DNA of 64,000 bases. Origin: an uncultured delta proteobacterium (GTDB lineage: Bacteria > Desulfobacterota > Desulfomonilia > Desulfomonilales > Desulfomonilaceae). The translations under genes and the position numbers were made by a program. Each line of letters opens with the position of its first letter. Position 1 is the stretch's first letter. Under the pieces are notes generated by a model. That model made no database searches. It saw only the letters and a program-made list of their open reading frames with translations, and was not told the origin of the DNA. The DNA lies in NCBI GenBank assembly GCA_963789265.1, contig CAWBKB010000001.1, forward strand, positions 352,001 to 416,000, given 5' to 3'. This document shows, piece by piece, positions 40,103 to 49,974 of this stretch.

Positions 40103-40168
40103 ATGAGCAACTTAGTAGTTATCCGGTACGATGATGAGTTCAAGGCGGAAGAGGCCGATCGGCAGTAA
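40103..40168 (+). pseudogene. N-terminal remnant of a DUF1269-like gene
   Basis: AAGGAG RBS then MSNLVVIRYDDEFKAEE, stopping after 21 codons. Confidence 0.5.
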
Positions 40169-40257
40169 CGGCCGGCGGAAGAGTAGGCAGCCCCGCAGGG
40201 GACAGCCAGCGACTTCGAAGGCGACCGAACAACACAACACACTAAAGGAAGCAAACG

Positions 40258-42630
40258 ATGAGACACAGCACAGTTAGGTCTGCGATCAGCCTCGCGTTGG
40301 TTGTTTGTTTTGCGCTGCCGGTGTTCGCGCAAGAAATTCTGCCGTTCCCGCCCAAACCTTCCGGCAGCATTGCCGCGCCCACCATGCAGGAGTCAATTTA
40401 TAGTCCGCTCCCGGCCGTGAAGCATCTGCCTAAGGATGCGCCGAACATTCTCATTGTGCTCATTGACGACGTCGGTCCCGCCCAGACGGATACTTACGGC
40501 GGGGAGATTCATACACCGACCTTGAGCAAGATAGCCGAGGAAGGGATCTCCTACAATTGCTTTCACACGACTGCAATGTGTTCGCCGACGCGCGCGGCTT
40601 TGCTGACCGGGCGAAACCAGCACCGAGTCGCCAGCGGCCAAATCGCCGAATTGGCCAATGATTGGGATGGATACATGGGCACCATCCCAAAGAGCAGCGC
40701 CACAGTAGCCGAGGTGCTCAAGGACTACGGTTATCACACCGGGGCGTGGGGCAAGTGGCACAACACGCCTGCCGTGCAAACTACCGCAGCAGGTCCTTTT
40801 GACAACTGGCCCACCGGCTACGGCTTCCAGTACTTCTATGGCTTTATTGGAGGGGAAGCGTCCCAGTACGAGCCGAACCTCGTACGAAACACGGCCTACG
40901 TCCAGCATCCCCACACTTCCGGTGGTCACAATTACTATCATCTGAGTGAGGACCTCGCAGATGACGCCGTCGGCTGGCTGCGGCAACACAAGGCCTCTGC
41001 CCCTGACAAGCCGTTCTTCATGTATTGGGCGAGCGGGGCCTCTCACGGCCCCCATCAAGTCCCGAAGGAATGGGCGGACAAGTACAAGGGCAAGTTTGAC
41101 GACGGATGGGACAAGTACCGCGAGCGCTGTTACCGACGTGCCAAGCAACTGGGCTGGATTCCGCAGAGCGCACAGTTGACCCCGCGACCCACCACTCTCG
41201 CTTCGTGGGATTCGATACCGGAAGACGAGAAGCCCTTCCAGCGCCGCTTGATGGAGGTGTTCGCCGGGTTTACCGAGCATGTGGACGCGCAAGTCGGCCG
41301 CATTGTCAACGAAATTGACCGCCTAGGCTATGGCCGGAACACCTTGATCTTGTTCATCTGGGGCGACAACGGCGCCTCAGCCGAAGGCCAGAACGGCACG
41401 ATCAGCGAATTGCTCGCTCAGAACAACATCCCAACCACCACGAAGCAGCAGATCAAGGCGCTGGATGAACTCGGTGGCCTCGACGTGCTCGGTTCACCCA
41501 AGACCGACAACATGTATCACGCCGGCTGGGCTTGGGCCGGTGGCTCTCCCTATCAGTACACGAAGTTGATCGCATCGCACTTCGGCGGTACCCGGAACCC
41601 GATGGCCGTGCGCTGGCCGGCGAAGATCAAGGCCGATGCCACGCCGCGCTCTCAGTTCCTGCACGTGAACGATGTAGTGCCGACCATCTACGCTATCTTG
41701 GGCATCACACCTCCCCGTGTGGTCAATGGCATTCCGCAAGACCCGTTTGACGGCGTAAGTTTTACCGGCACCTTCAACGATGCGAAAGCCAAGGAAGTGA
41801 AACGCACTCAGTATTTCGAGGTCATGGGTAGTCGCAGCATCTATCACGACGGCTGGATCGCGTCCGTGGTCGGCCCGCGCATCCCGTGGATTCCCGGTCT
41901 GCCGAAGGGCATCCTCGAATGGACGCCCGACAAGGACAAGTGGGAGCTCTACAACCTCAACGAGGACTGGTCGCAGGCCAACGATTTGGCCGCCAAGATG
42001 CCGGTGAAACTCGCCGAATTGAAGAAACTGTTCCTGGTGGAGTTCGCAATGAACCGTGGCTTGCCCATCGGTGGCGGCCTGTGGGTCCCCATGTTCCACC
42101 CTGAACTGCGCGCGGCGCCGCCCTACACGTCGTGGACCTTTCCGGGCGCGATCACGCGGATGCCTGAATTCGCCGCGCCGGCATTGGGCAACAAGCCCAA
42201 CGTTGTGACCATTGACGCAGACGTCCCGGCCAATGCCAACGGCGTGCTCTACAAGCTCGGTGCTTTCTCCGGCGGCCTCACCTGCTACGTTAAGGATGGC
42301 ACGCTGTCGTACGAGTACAACCTGTTCGAGATCCAGCGCACCGACATTAAGGCCAAGGAAAAACTGCCCATCGGCAAGGTGAAGATCGAAGTCGAGACTT
42401 CGTACGTCCAGCCCAAGCCGGCGGGCCCGCTGAAGGTAGTATTAAAGGTCAATGGCAAGGAAGTTGCCTCGGGCGTGGTGCCCGTCAGCGCGCCGCTGGG
42501 GTTTACCGCCAACGAGTGCCTGGACTTCGGTATCGACCTCGGCTCGCCGGTTGGTCTCGAGTATTACGACCAGGCGCCGTTTAAGTTCAACGGCAAGATC
42601 GAGCAAGCCCACGTGGAATACACCAAATAG
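40258..42630 (+). CDS. Arylsulfatase (Cys-type, long form)
   Basis: PNILIVLIDD; CSPTR; GKWH; GDNG; C-terminal beta domain. Confidence 0.9.
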   Translation: MRHSTVRSAISLALVVCFALPVFAQEILPFPPKPSGSIAAPTMQESIYSPLPAVKHLPKDAPNILIVLIDDVGPAQTDTYGGEIHTPTLSKIAEEGISYNCFHTTAMCSPTRAALLTGRNQHRVASGQIAELANDWDGYMGTIPKSSATVAEVLKDYGYHTGAWGKWHNTPAVQTTAAGPFDNWPTGYGFQYFYGFIGGEASQYEPNLVRNTAYVQHPHTSGGHNYYHLSEDLADDAVGWLRQHKASAPDKPFFMYWASGASHGPHQVPKEWADKYKGKFDDGWDKYRERCYRRAKQLGWIPQSAQLTPRPTTLASWDSIPEDEKPFQRRLMEVFAGFTEHVDAQVGRIVNEIDRLGYGRNTLILFIWGDNGASAEGQNGTISELLAQNNIPTTTKQQIKALDELGGLDVLGSPKTDNMYHAGWAWAGGSPYQYTKLIASHFGGTRNPMAVRWPAKIKADATPRSQFLHVNDVVPTIYAILGITPPRVVNGIPQDPFDGVSFTGTFNDAKAKEVKRTQYFEVMGSRSIYHDGWIASVVGPRIPWIPGLPKGILEWTPDKDKWELYNLNEDWSQANDLAAKMPVKLAELKKLFLVEFAMNRGLPIGGGLWVPMFHPELRAAPPYTSWTFPGAITRMPEFAAPALGNKPNVVTIDADVPANANGVLYKLGAFSGGLTCYVKDGTLSYEYNLFEIQRTDIKAKEKLPIGKVKIEVETSYVQPKPAGPLKVVLKVNGKEVASGVVPVSAPLGFTANECLDFGIDLGSPVGLEYYDQAPFKFNGKIEQAHVEYTK

Positions 42631-42895
42631 CAGAAAGGTTCGTATGCGGTGAATGTCGTCCAACCTACATTGCTCAAATCGGCACTGGGCGCTGTCATCT
42701 CTATGATGACGCTTCCAGCGCCCGCTCTTGAGTGCTGCCGAACAGAAAATTCTCGTGGGAAAGAGCCAGCGGAACAAAGGGGCGAGCGAGTTACTGAAAT
42801 GCAAATCTTGGGCAGCCCAAGGTCGGGCCACCCGCCCATTCCGAGTCTTTCGAAAAGATAGTTTGACCACGACAAACATGAAAGGAAGTCATGGC

Positions 42896-44368
42896 ATGAA
42901 AATGAAGATTACTGTGAGCACAGTTTTGGCGTTTCTGCTAGTAAGTCTTATTGCAGTCCAGCCGGTCACAGCCCAGCAAGCCTCCAAAGTCAACGAGGCA
43001 GAGGCGCACGCCATTGGTGTCCAAGCTTACGTTTATTTTTATTCGCTCATCACGATGGATGTGACGCGAAGGCAGCTCACCAACGTCGAGCCGGGCAAGG
43101 GGTCAATCGGTGGTCCGATGAACATGTTCAACAACATCGCGGCGTTTCCGACCGTGGAGATGAGGGTGGTCGTGCGGCCCAACTTCGATACTCTCTATTC
43201 GTCGGCGTGGCTCGATCTCACCAAGGAGCCCGTGATCGTTTCAGTCCCCGATACAGGCGGTCGCTACTATCTGATCCCAATGCTCGACATGTGGACAGAC
43301 GTGTTCGCGTCGCCGGGATGGCGCACGACCGGCACCAAGGCGAGCAATTTCATCATCGTTCCGCCTGGCTGGCGGCCAGACTTGAAAGATCGGTTGATCG
43401 AGAAGTTCAAACTCCCGAAGGAGACCCAACGCATCGATGCTCCTACCCCATACGTCTGGGTCATCGGCCGAACCAAGACTGACGGCCCACCGGACTACGA
43501 TGCTGTTCACAAGATCCAGGCCGGGTACAAGGTTACGCCGCTCTCACAGTTCGGCAAGGCACCCCGGTCTGTTCAAGTCAAGATCGATCCCACGATAGAC
43601 ATGAAGACTCCGCCTAAGACGCAAGTTGACACCATGCCGGCCGGCAAGTTCTTCGCTTATGCCGCCGAGTTGTTGAAAGTGATTCCCCCACATATCACCG
43701 ATGAGCCGATTATCGCGATGATGAAGCGCATCGGCTTCGAAAAGGGCAAAAGTTTCGACATCAACAAGGTTGACCCTGTGATAAGAAGAGCCCTGGAAAG
43801 TGTCCCGGAGGACGCTCAGAAGCTCATGGAGTGGAAGATCCCCACGCTTGCAAAGGTCGTGAACGGCTGGTCAATGAATACAGATACCATGGGAGTGTAT
43901 GGCAATTACTACCTCAAGCGCGCCATAGTCGCCCAGCAGGGCCTCGGCGCCAACCTGCCCGGAGATGCGATTTATCCTCTGAATCTCGGCGACAAGTCAG
44001 GCAAGCCCCTCGACGGCTCAAACAAGTACACAATCCACTTTGACAAGGCCGCCATGCCACCTGTGAACGCCTTTTGGTCGATCACTCTCTATGACCAGGA
44101 GGGTTTTCAGGTCGCGAACAGCCTTAATCGATTCGCGGTCAGCAGTTGGATGCCATTCAAGTACAACCCGGATGGGTCGCTCGATCTCTATTTCCAGACT
44201 GAGAGCCCGGGCAAGGACAAAGAGTGGAACTGGCTGCCCGCGCCGAAAGGGCCGTTCAATCTGACCATGCGCCTTTATGCGCCAAAACAGGAAGTTCTTG
44301 TCGGGAAGTGGAATCCACCGCCGGTTGTGAGAGTACAGGCACTCCCGAGCGTAACGGGCGGCCAGTAG
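42896..44368 (+). CDS. DUF1254/DUF1214 exported protein
   Basis: Signal peptide; VVRPNFDTLYS; FWSITLY; NWLPAP; MRLY. Confidence 0.85.
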   Translation: MKMKITVSTVLAFLLVSLIAVQPVTAQQASKVNEAEAHAIGVQAYVYFYSLITMDVTRRQLTNVEPGKGSIGGPMNMFNNIAAFPTVEMRVVVRPNFDTLYSSAWLDLTKEPVIVSVPDTGGRYYLIPMLDMWTDVFASPGWRTTGTKASNFIIVPPGWRPDLKDRLIEKFKLPKETQRIDAPTPYVWVIGRTKTDGPPDYDAVHKIQAGYKVTPLSQFGKAPRSVQVKIDPTIDMKTPPKTQVDTMPAGKFFAYAAELLKVIPPHITDEPIIAMMKRIGFEKGKSFDINKVDPVIRRALESVPEDAQKLMEWKIPTLAKVVNGWSMNTDTMGVYGNYYLKRAIVAQQGLGANLPGDAIYPLNLGDKSGKPLDGSNKYTIHFDKAAMPPVNAFWSITLYDQEGFQVANSLNRFAVSSWMPFKYNPDGSLDLYFQTESPGKDKEWNWLPAPKGPFNLTMRLYAPKQEVLVGKWNPPPVVRVQALPSVTGGQ

Positions 44369-44529
44369 GGAATTAGGGAAGACATTGGCGGCGTGCCGTC
44401 ATCCTGGGCCGTGCGCCTAAAGCCCGGATGGTCTAATTAGTGGACGATGGCAAGAATGGGAACCCCTGACCACTGCTTTGTCTTTTTGCTTTCACTCCAT
44501 GCTCTAGTGAAGAAAGGTTTTATCATTTT

Positions 44530-44697
44530 ATGAATTTTGGTGAGCGTGTCCCCTCAATCAATCAAGATTTGGTCAGGTGCGAACGTATTATGGCGCTGGC
44601 TCTTTTGCTTGCCGTGATATGTATCTTTTTGGCCACGTTTAAACTGGCTTTGGGGCTTAACTCGAGAACAATGCCAGGTCAACAAAAGAGCGAGTAA
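44530..44697 (+). pseudogene. Truncated homolog of the PsiE-like membrane gene at 49527
   Basis: MNFGERV.SINQ.LVR.E..ALALLLAVIC matches 49530 onward, then diverges. Confidence 0.65.
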
Positions 44698-44831
44698 GTG
44701 ACCGAAATGCAAATCCGGAGGCGGGCCAACACGGGCCTGCTGGCGTACATTCCGAACGAATCGCCAAATCATGCAAGGAATCGAAGCCGCTGCCCTTTGG
44801 CTGCTCGGGGGATAAAGAAAGGATCAAGCCC

Positions 44832-47327
44832 ATGATGAAAGGAAAAGCAGCAATCTGGACGGTCTTGGTAGTCGCCCTAGCGGTCATGCCGGTGACTCTT
44901 CCTGTAATAGCCCAGCAGATTACCGGCGTACCGGGCTCACCGGATGCGACCACCACCATTGACGGAAAGCAGCTTCCACCGCCAAACCCGAAATTCGGTG
45001 GAGTGATCAAAGAGAAAGCCTCGGAGTCGAAGGCCTGGTGGCCGCCGCGCATCGTGCCGCCGAAGGGCGCACCCAACGTGCTGCTCATCATGACCGACGA
45101 TGTCGGCTATGGTGCGCCGGGCACCTTCGGCGGCGTCGTCCCGACCCCGGCCTTGGATCGCATCGCGAAGAATGGGCTTAGGTACACGAACTTTCAGTCC
45201 ACGTCGCTGTGCTCGCCGACGCGGGCAGCATTGATCACGGGACGCAACCATCACGTGGCGGGCTTTGGGGTCGTGGGCGAAATTGCGACGGGATTCCCGG
45301 GTTACGACTCGTACATCAGGAAGGAGAACGGCACCATCGGCACCATCCTGAAAGAGAACGGGTACGCGACCTCCTGGTTCGGCAAGGACCACAACACTCC
45401 CTTCTACCAGGCGAGTCAGGCCGGGCCGTTCGATCAATGGCCGACCGGGATGGGCTTCGAGTATTTCTACGGCTTCGTCGGCGGCGACACCAGCCAGTGG
45501 CAACCAAACCTGTTCCGCAATACGACGGCCATCTACCCCTTCCAGGGCCACCCAGGCTGGAACCTGACCACGGCCATGGCCGACGAGGCGATTCAGTACA
45601 TGAAGCAACTCAAAGAGATCGCTCCCGACAAACCGTTCTTTGTCTATTACGTGCCTGGCGGCACGCACGCGCCGCATCATCCGACGCCGGAATGGATCGA
45701 GAAGATCGGCGGCATGCACCTCTTCGATCAGGGTTGGAACAAGCTCCGCGAAACTATCTTCGCTAACCAGAAGCGGCTGGGCATCATGCCCAAGAACGCC
45801 AAGCTGACGCCGTGGCCGAAGGAACTGCCGGAGTGGGATTCCCTCAGCAGGGTGGAGAAGAAGCTCTTCATCAAGCAGGCCGACGTGTACGGGGCGTACC
45901 TCGCGTACACCGACCACGAGATCGGACGGGTCATCCAGGCCGTCGAAGACCTCGGCGAGCTCGACAATACCTTGATCATCTACATCAGCGGCGACAACGG
46001 AGCGAGCGCTGAAGGCATGCTCAACGGCACGCCGAACGAGTTCACCACGTTCAATGGCGTTGCCGTGCCGGTCAAGGACCAGTTTCTCTGGTACCCGTTT
46101 TGGGGCTCGGAACGGACGTTCCCGCACTTTGCTGCGGCCTGGGCATGGGCGATGGACACGCCGTTCAAGTGGATGAAACAGGTGGCGTCGCACCGCGGCG
46201 GGACGTCCCAGGGCATGGCCATGTCCTGGCCAGGCCACATCAAGGACGCGGGCGGCATCCGCCGCCAGTTCCACCACATCATCGACATCGTGCCGACCAT
46301 TCTGGAGGCGACTGGCATCTCGGCGCCCGATACGATCAACGGCATCAAGCAGCGCCCCATCGAAGGGGTGAGCATGGCGTACACGTGGGTGAAGGCGAAC
46401 GCCAACGCGCCTACGCGTCACACCACGCAGTACTTCGAGATGCTCGGCAATCGCGCCATATACAACGATGGCTGGATGGCGGTCACGACCCCGGCAAATC
46501 TTCCGTGGGAGCTGAGCACCGCCACACCTCCTGATGTGATCACCGGGTACAACTGGGAGCTTTACAACGTCCAGGAGGACCCCACCGAGTTCAACGACCT
46601 GGCCGCCAAGATGCCTGAGAAGCTCAAGCAGATGCAGGCCCTCTTCTATCTGGAGGCGAAGAAGTACGACGTGCTGCCGCTAGACAACACGACGCTCAGC
46701 CGCTGGAATGCGCCGAAGCCAAGCCTCACGGCGGGACGAAAGGTCTTTACGTATTCAGGCGAATTGACCGGCGTGCCTGCCAGCGCTGCGCCGGACATCC
46801 TGAATAAGTCGTACACAATCACTGCGGAGGTTGAGATCCCGAATGGGGGCGCGGAAGGCATGATCGTCACCCAGGGCGGGCGCTTCGGCGGCTACGGCCT
46901 ATTCCTGAGCAAAGGCGAATTCGGCTTCAACCGGGGCAAGGTGGTGTTCCTCTACAACCTGCTCGACCTCAAGCGCACGATGTGGGAGGGGCCTGAGTTG
47001 AAAGCCGGAAAGCACACCATCGTCTTCGACTTCAAGTCCGACGGTAAAGGTTTGGGAAAGGGGGGCACGGGCGTGCTGTCCGTGGACGGTAAGGAAGTGG
47101 CCCGTAATTCCATGGAACACACCACTCCGATCACGTTCCCGGAGGACGAAACCTTCGACATCGGCGAGGACACCCGCACCCCGGTTGCGATGCTGGAGTA
47201 TCGCTACGATTGTCCGTTTAAGTTCACCGGCAAGATCAACAAGCTAACATTTAAGCTCGGACCGACGCAGCTCACAGAAGCAGAACAAAGACAAATTGCT
47301 GTGGGCGCCGCCGGGTGGCAAGACTAA
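44832..47327 (+). CDS. Arylsulfatase (Cys-type, long form)
   Basis: PNVLLIMTDD; CSPTR; GKDH; GDNG. Confidence 0.9.
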   Translation: MMKGKAAIWTVLVVALAVMPVTLPVIAQQITGVPGSPDATTTIDGKQLPPPNPKFGGVIKEKASESKAWWPPRIVPPKGAPNVLLIMTDDVGYGAPGTFGGVVPTPALDRIAKNGLRYTNFQSTSLCSPTRAALITGRNHHVAGFGVVGEIATGFPGYDSYIRKENGTIGTILKENGYATSWFGKDHNTPFYQASQAGPFDQWPTGMGFEYFYGFVGGDTSQWQPNLFRNTTAIYPFQGHPGWNLTTAMADEAIQYMKQLKEIAPDKPFFVYYVPGGTHAPHHPTPEWIEKIGGMHLFDQGWNKLRETIFANQKRLGIMPKNAKLTPWPKELPEWDSLSRVEKKLFIKQADVYGAYLAYTDHEIGRVIQAVEDLGELDNTLIIYISGDNGASAEGMLNGTPNEFTTFNGVAVPVKDQFLWYPFWGSERTFPHFAAAWAWAMDTPFKWMKQVASHRGGTSQGMAMSWPGHIKDAGGIRRQFHHIIDIVPTILEATGISAPDTINGIKQRPIEGVSMAYTWVKANANAPTRHTTQYFEMLGNRAIYNDGWMAVTTPANLPWELSTATPPDVITGYNWELYNVQEDPTEFNDLAAKMPEKLKQMQALFYLEAKKYDVLPLDNTTLSRWNAPKPSLTAGRKVFTYSGELTGVPASAAPDILNKSYTITAEVEIPNGGAEGMIVTQGGRFGGYGLFLSKGEFGFNRGKVVFLYNLLDLKRTMWEGPELKAGKHTIVFDFKSDGKGLGKGGTGVLSVDGKEVARNSMEHTTPITFPEDETFDIGEDTRTPVAMLEYRYDCPFKFTGKINKLTFKLGPTQLTEAEQRQIAVGAAGWQD

Positions 47328-47341
47328 ACGCGGTTCGACAA

Positions 47342-47478
47342 ATGAAAAACTGCTGCCTTTCGCCGCTGTGGCCAAAGCGACCACGGGTTTGGCGCTGCTG
47401 GTTGTTCCAGCGCTCGGCGGGCGGCTATTGCTCGGCGCCGAGCTTACCGGAATTTCGGTTCCTGTAAGCTCCTGTTAG
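47342..47478 (+). pseudogene. Remnant homolog of the membrane protein at 48990
   Basis: KLLPFAAVAKATTGLALLVVP..RLLLGAELTG aligns with RLLAVVGAGEAFTGLALVIYP..RLLFGAEIAG; broken start and truncated. Confidence 0.6.
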
Positions 47479-47536
47479 CCGGTATCGGCACTCAATCGTA
47501 CAAGAGCTATCATGGTCCTAGCGAAAAGGAGTTGTC

Positions 47537-48955
47537 ATGAGATCGCCATCGAGGTTTTGGAGACTCTGCAAACTGTTGATTTTGGCCACCGCCTGCCTCG
47601 CACTCGTAATTTCCGTGATAAGCTGTGGGGTGGTGAAGGAAGGAGAAGCCTATCTTTATGGCATGGAATCATACGTATTTGGTTATCCGCTGGTGATGAT
47701 GGATGTGTCCCGAGAAGTGCTGACGGCCGCGGCGGCGCCAAACTCGGAGGGCACGGCCGCGCCGATCAACCAGCTCGCCAAGATGCCGCACTACGTCAGC
47801 CCCGATTTCAAGAACGTCGTGCGCATCAGCCTGAACTCCCTGTGGACGACCGGCTGGGTGGATCTCGAGAAGGACGCTATCGTGCTGTCGGTGCCAGACA
47901 CCAAGGACCGGTATTACGTGTTCTCGCTAATGAACATGTGGACCGACGTGTTTGGCTCCATCGGCAAGCGTACGACCGGAACGGGTCCGGGCAACTTCCT
48001 CATCGTCGGACCGAACTGGAAGGGCACTGCGCCGCCGGATGTTAAGCAAACTTTCCGGTCACCGACGCGGTACGCCTGGCTCCTCGCACAGACGCAGGTG
48101 AACGGCCCGGATGATTTCGCGGCGGTGAACGCGCTCCAGGCCCAATACAAGCTGACGCCGCTCTCCGCCTGGCGCAAGCCCTACACGCCGCCGGACAACG
48201 TACCAATCGATCCGAAAGTCGACCTCAACCTCATTCCGCCCGATCAGGTGGCCCGGATGGATGCCGGCACGTTCTTCAACCGCCTCGCGCTCGCGATGAA
48301 GGACAATCCGCCTTACGCTGACGACAAGCCGATGATCGAGAAGCTGAAGAAGCTCGGCATCGAGCCAGGCAAGCCCTTCGACATTGCCAAGGTGGATCCT
48401 AAGATAGCGGCGGGCCTCGCCAAGGCGGTCAAGGAAGTGCAGATCAAGATGGCGGAAGAAATCACCAAGATAAAGAACGTGAACGGCTGGATCAACCTGA
48501 CCAACCTGGGCCGCTACGGCACCGACTACAACACGCGGGCCGGCGTCGCGTACATGGGGCTCGGCGCCAACATGAAGGAGGATACCCTCTATCCCACGGC
48601 GTACTTCGACGGCGACGGCAAGTTGCTCGACAGCGCCAACAGGTACATCCTGCACTTCGAGAAGAACGCGCTGCCGCCGACGAACGCTACCTGGTCCGTG
48701 TCGCAGTACAAAGGCAACTTCTACGAGCGGAACGTCCTCAACCGCTATGTGATCGCCCCCTGGATGCCGCTCAAGTTCAACGCGGACGGCTCGCTCGATA
48801 TCTACCTCCAGGTCGACTCGCCAGGGCCGGAAAAGGAGTCGAACTGGCTGCCGACCCCGCCGGGGCAGTTCAATCTCACGCTACGCAATTATTTCCCGAA
48901 GGAAGCGGCGTGGGATGGCACCTACAAGGTGCCACCGGTCAAGAAGGTGCGGTGA
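47537..48955 (+). CDS. DUF1254/DUF1214 exported (possibly lipo)protein
   Basis: AAGGAG RBS; VISC; YVFGYPLV; WTDVF; NWLPTP. Confidence 0.85.
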   Translation: MRSPSRFWRLCKLLILATACLALVISVISCGVVKEGEAYLYGMESYVFGYPLVMMDVSREVLTAAAAPNSEGTAAPINQLAKMPHYVSPDFKNVVRISLNSLWTTGWVDLEKDAIVLSVPDTKDRYYVFSLMNMWTDVFGSIGKRTTGTGPGNFLIVGPNWKGTAPPDVKQTFRSPTRYAWLLAQTQVNGPDDFAAVNALQAQYKLTPLSAWRKPYTPPDNVPIDPKVDLNLIPPDQVARMDAGTFFNRLALAMKDNPPYADDKPMIEKLKKLGIEPGKPFDIAKVDPKIAAGLAKAVKEVQIKMAEEITKIKNVNGWINLTNLGRYGTDYNTRAGVAYMGLGANMKEDTLYPTAYFDGDGKLLDSANRYILHFEKNALPPTNATWSVSQYKGNFYERNVLNRYVIAPWMPLKFNADGSLDIYLQVDSPGPEKESNWLPTPPGQFNLTLRNYFPKEAAWDGTYKVPPVKKVR

Positions 48956-48989
48956 ATCGGTTCCCATGTCTTCGCGTGGAGAAAAAGAA

Positions 48990-49397
48990 ATGGCAATAAG
49001 AAGGTTGCTTGCTGTCGTGGGAGCAGGTGAAGCTTTCACGGGGCTTGCTTTGGTGATCTACCCTTCGCCGGTCGTCCGGCTGTTGTTCGGAGCGGAAATT
49101 GCCGGCGCGGGGACTGTGATGAGTCGAATGGCCGGCATCGCACTGATCGCGCTGGGGGTCGCCTGCTGGCCGGGCCCACCGCTGGTCGGCATGCAGACCT
49201 ACAGCGCCCTGGCGACAGTCTATCTCGCTTACGTCGGTATCCGTGGCGAATGGGCCGGGCCACTGTTGTGGCCGGCGGTCGCGTTACACGCTGTCTTGAC
49301 GCTCCTTCTAGCAAGGGCGTGGTTTAGGACTAGACGGACTTGGGGGCTCAGCCATGAAAGGGTCGAAACAAAGCTCGAGAAATGGAGGCTTGACTAA
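48990..49397 (+). CDS. Small 4-TM membrane protein
   Basis: Hydrophobic ORF with GPLLWPAVALH. Confidence 0.65.
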   Translation: MAIRRLLAVVGAGEAFTGLALVIYPSPVVRLLFGAEIAGAGTVMSRMAGIALIALGVACWPGPPLVGMQTYSALATVYLAYVGIRGEWAGPLLWPAVALHAVLTLLLARAWFRTRRTWGLSHERVETKLEKWRLD

Positions 49398-49526
49398 TAA
49401 GGCGCTACAATAAAAGATTGCCCCGGGGAGGCAGGGGAAGGCGACCAGGAGGACCATCTTCTTTTCGGGTAATGCCTGGAGAGGCCGGGATATTTGTAAT
49501 CACAGGAAACCCAGCAGAATGACACG

Positions 49527-49925
49527 ATGATGAATTTTGGCGAGCGTATCTCTTCCGTCAATCAACAACTGGTCAGGTGGTGCGAAAGCGTTATAGCACT
49601 GGCTCTTTTGCTTGCTGTGATATGCCTTTTCGTGGGCACGTTGAAAATGGCTTTGGGGCTTGACTGGAGCGCCATGACAACACTGCACGAGATTGGACAG
49701 AGAGTTCTCTTAATAGCCATAGGTTTGGAGCTGGTGCAGCTCTCATTTCTCACGAATTGTCTTCGCTGGTGAATTTGCTGGCTTCTGTCATTGCAAGAAG
49801 GATGCTCGAACCGCAAACCGACTTCTGAGAGTTTCCCACTGGGTGTGAGCGCCTTCGCGGGACTCATGGCTACCAGGCGCTATCTGCTAAATGGAGTGTG
49901 GCAAGACGCCGGCGATAAGGAGTGA
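49527..49925 (+). pseudogene. PsiE-like membrane protein pseudogene
   Basis: IGLELV then a frameshift to LISHEL..VIARRML, an in-frame TGA and a further shift. Confidence 0.55.
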
Positions 49926-49974
49926 ATTGATTGATGAGAAGCTCCCACGTCTATGATGCGTGTAGTAAACGGAA

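Noticed and set aside
44937..46421. Long antisense ORFs (also 40393-41292, 32058-32966, 30966-31682, 3572-4429, 10513-11271)
   Set aside because: Shadow frames of well-supported GC-rich genes with no recognisable motifs
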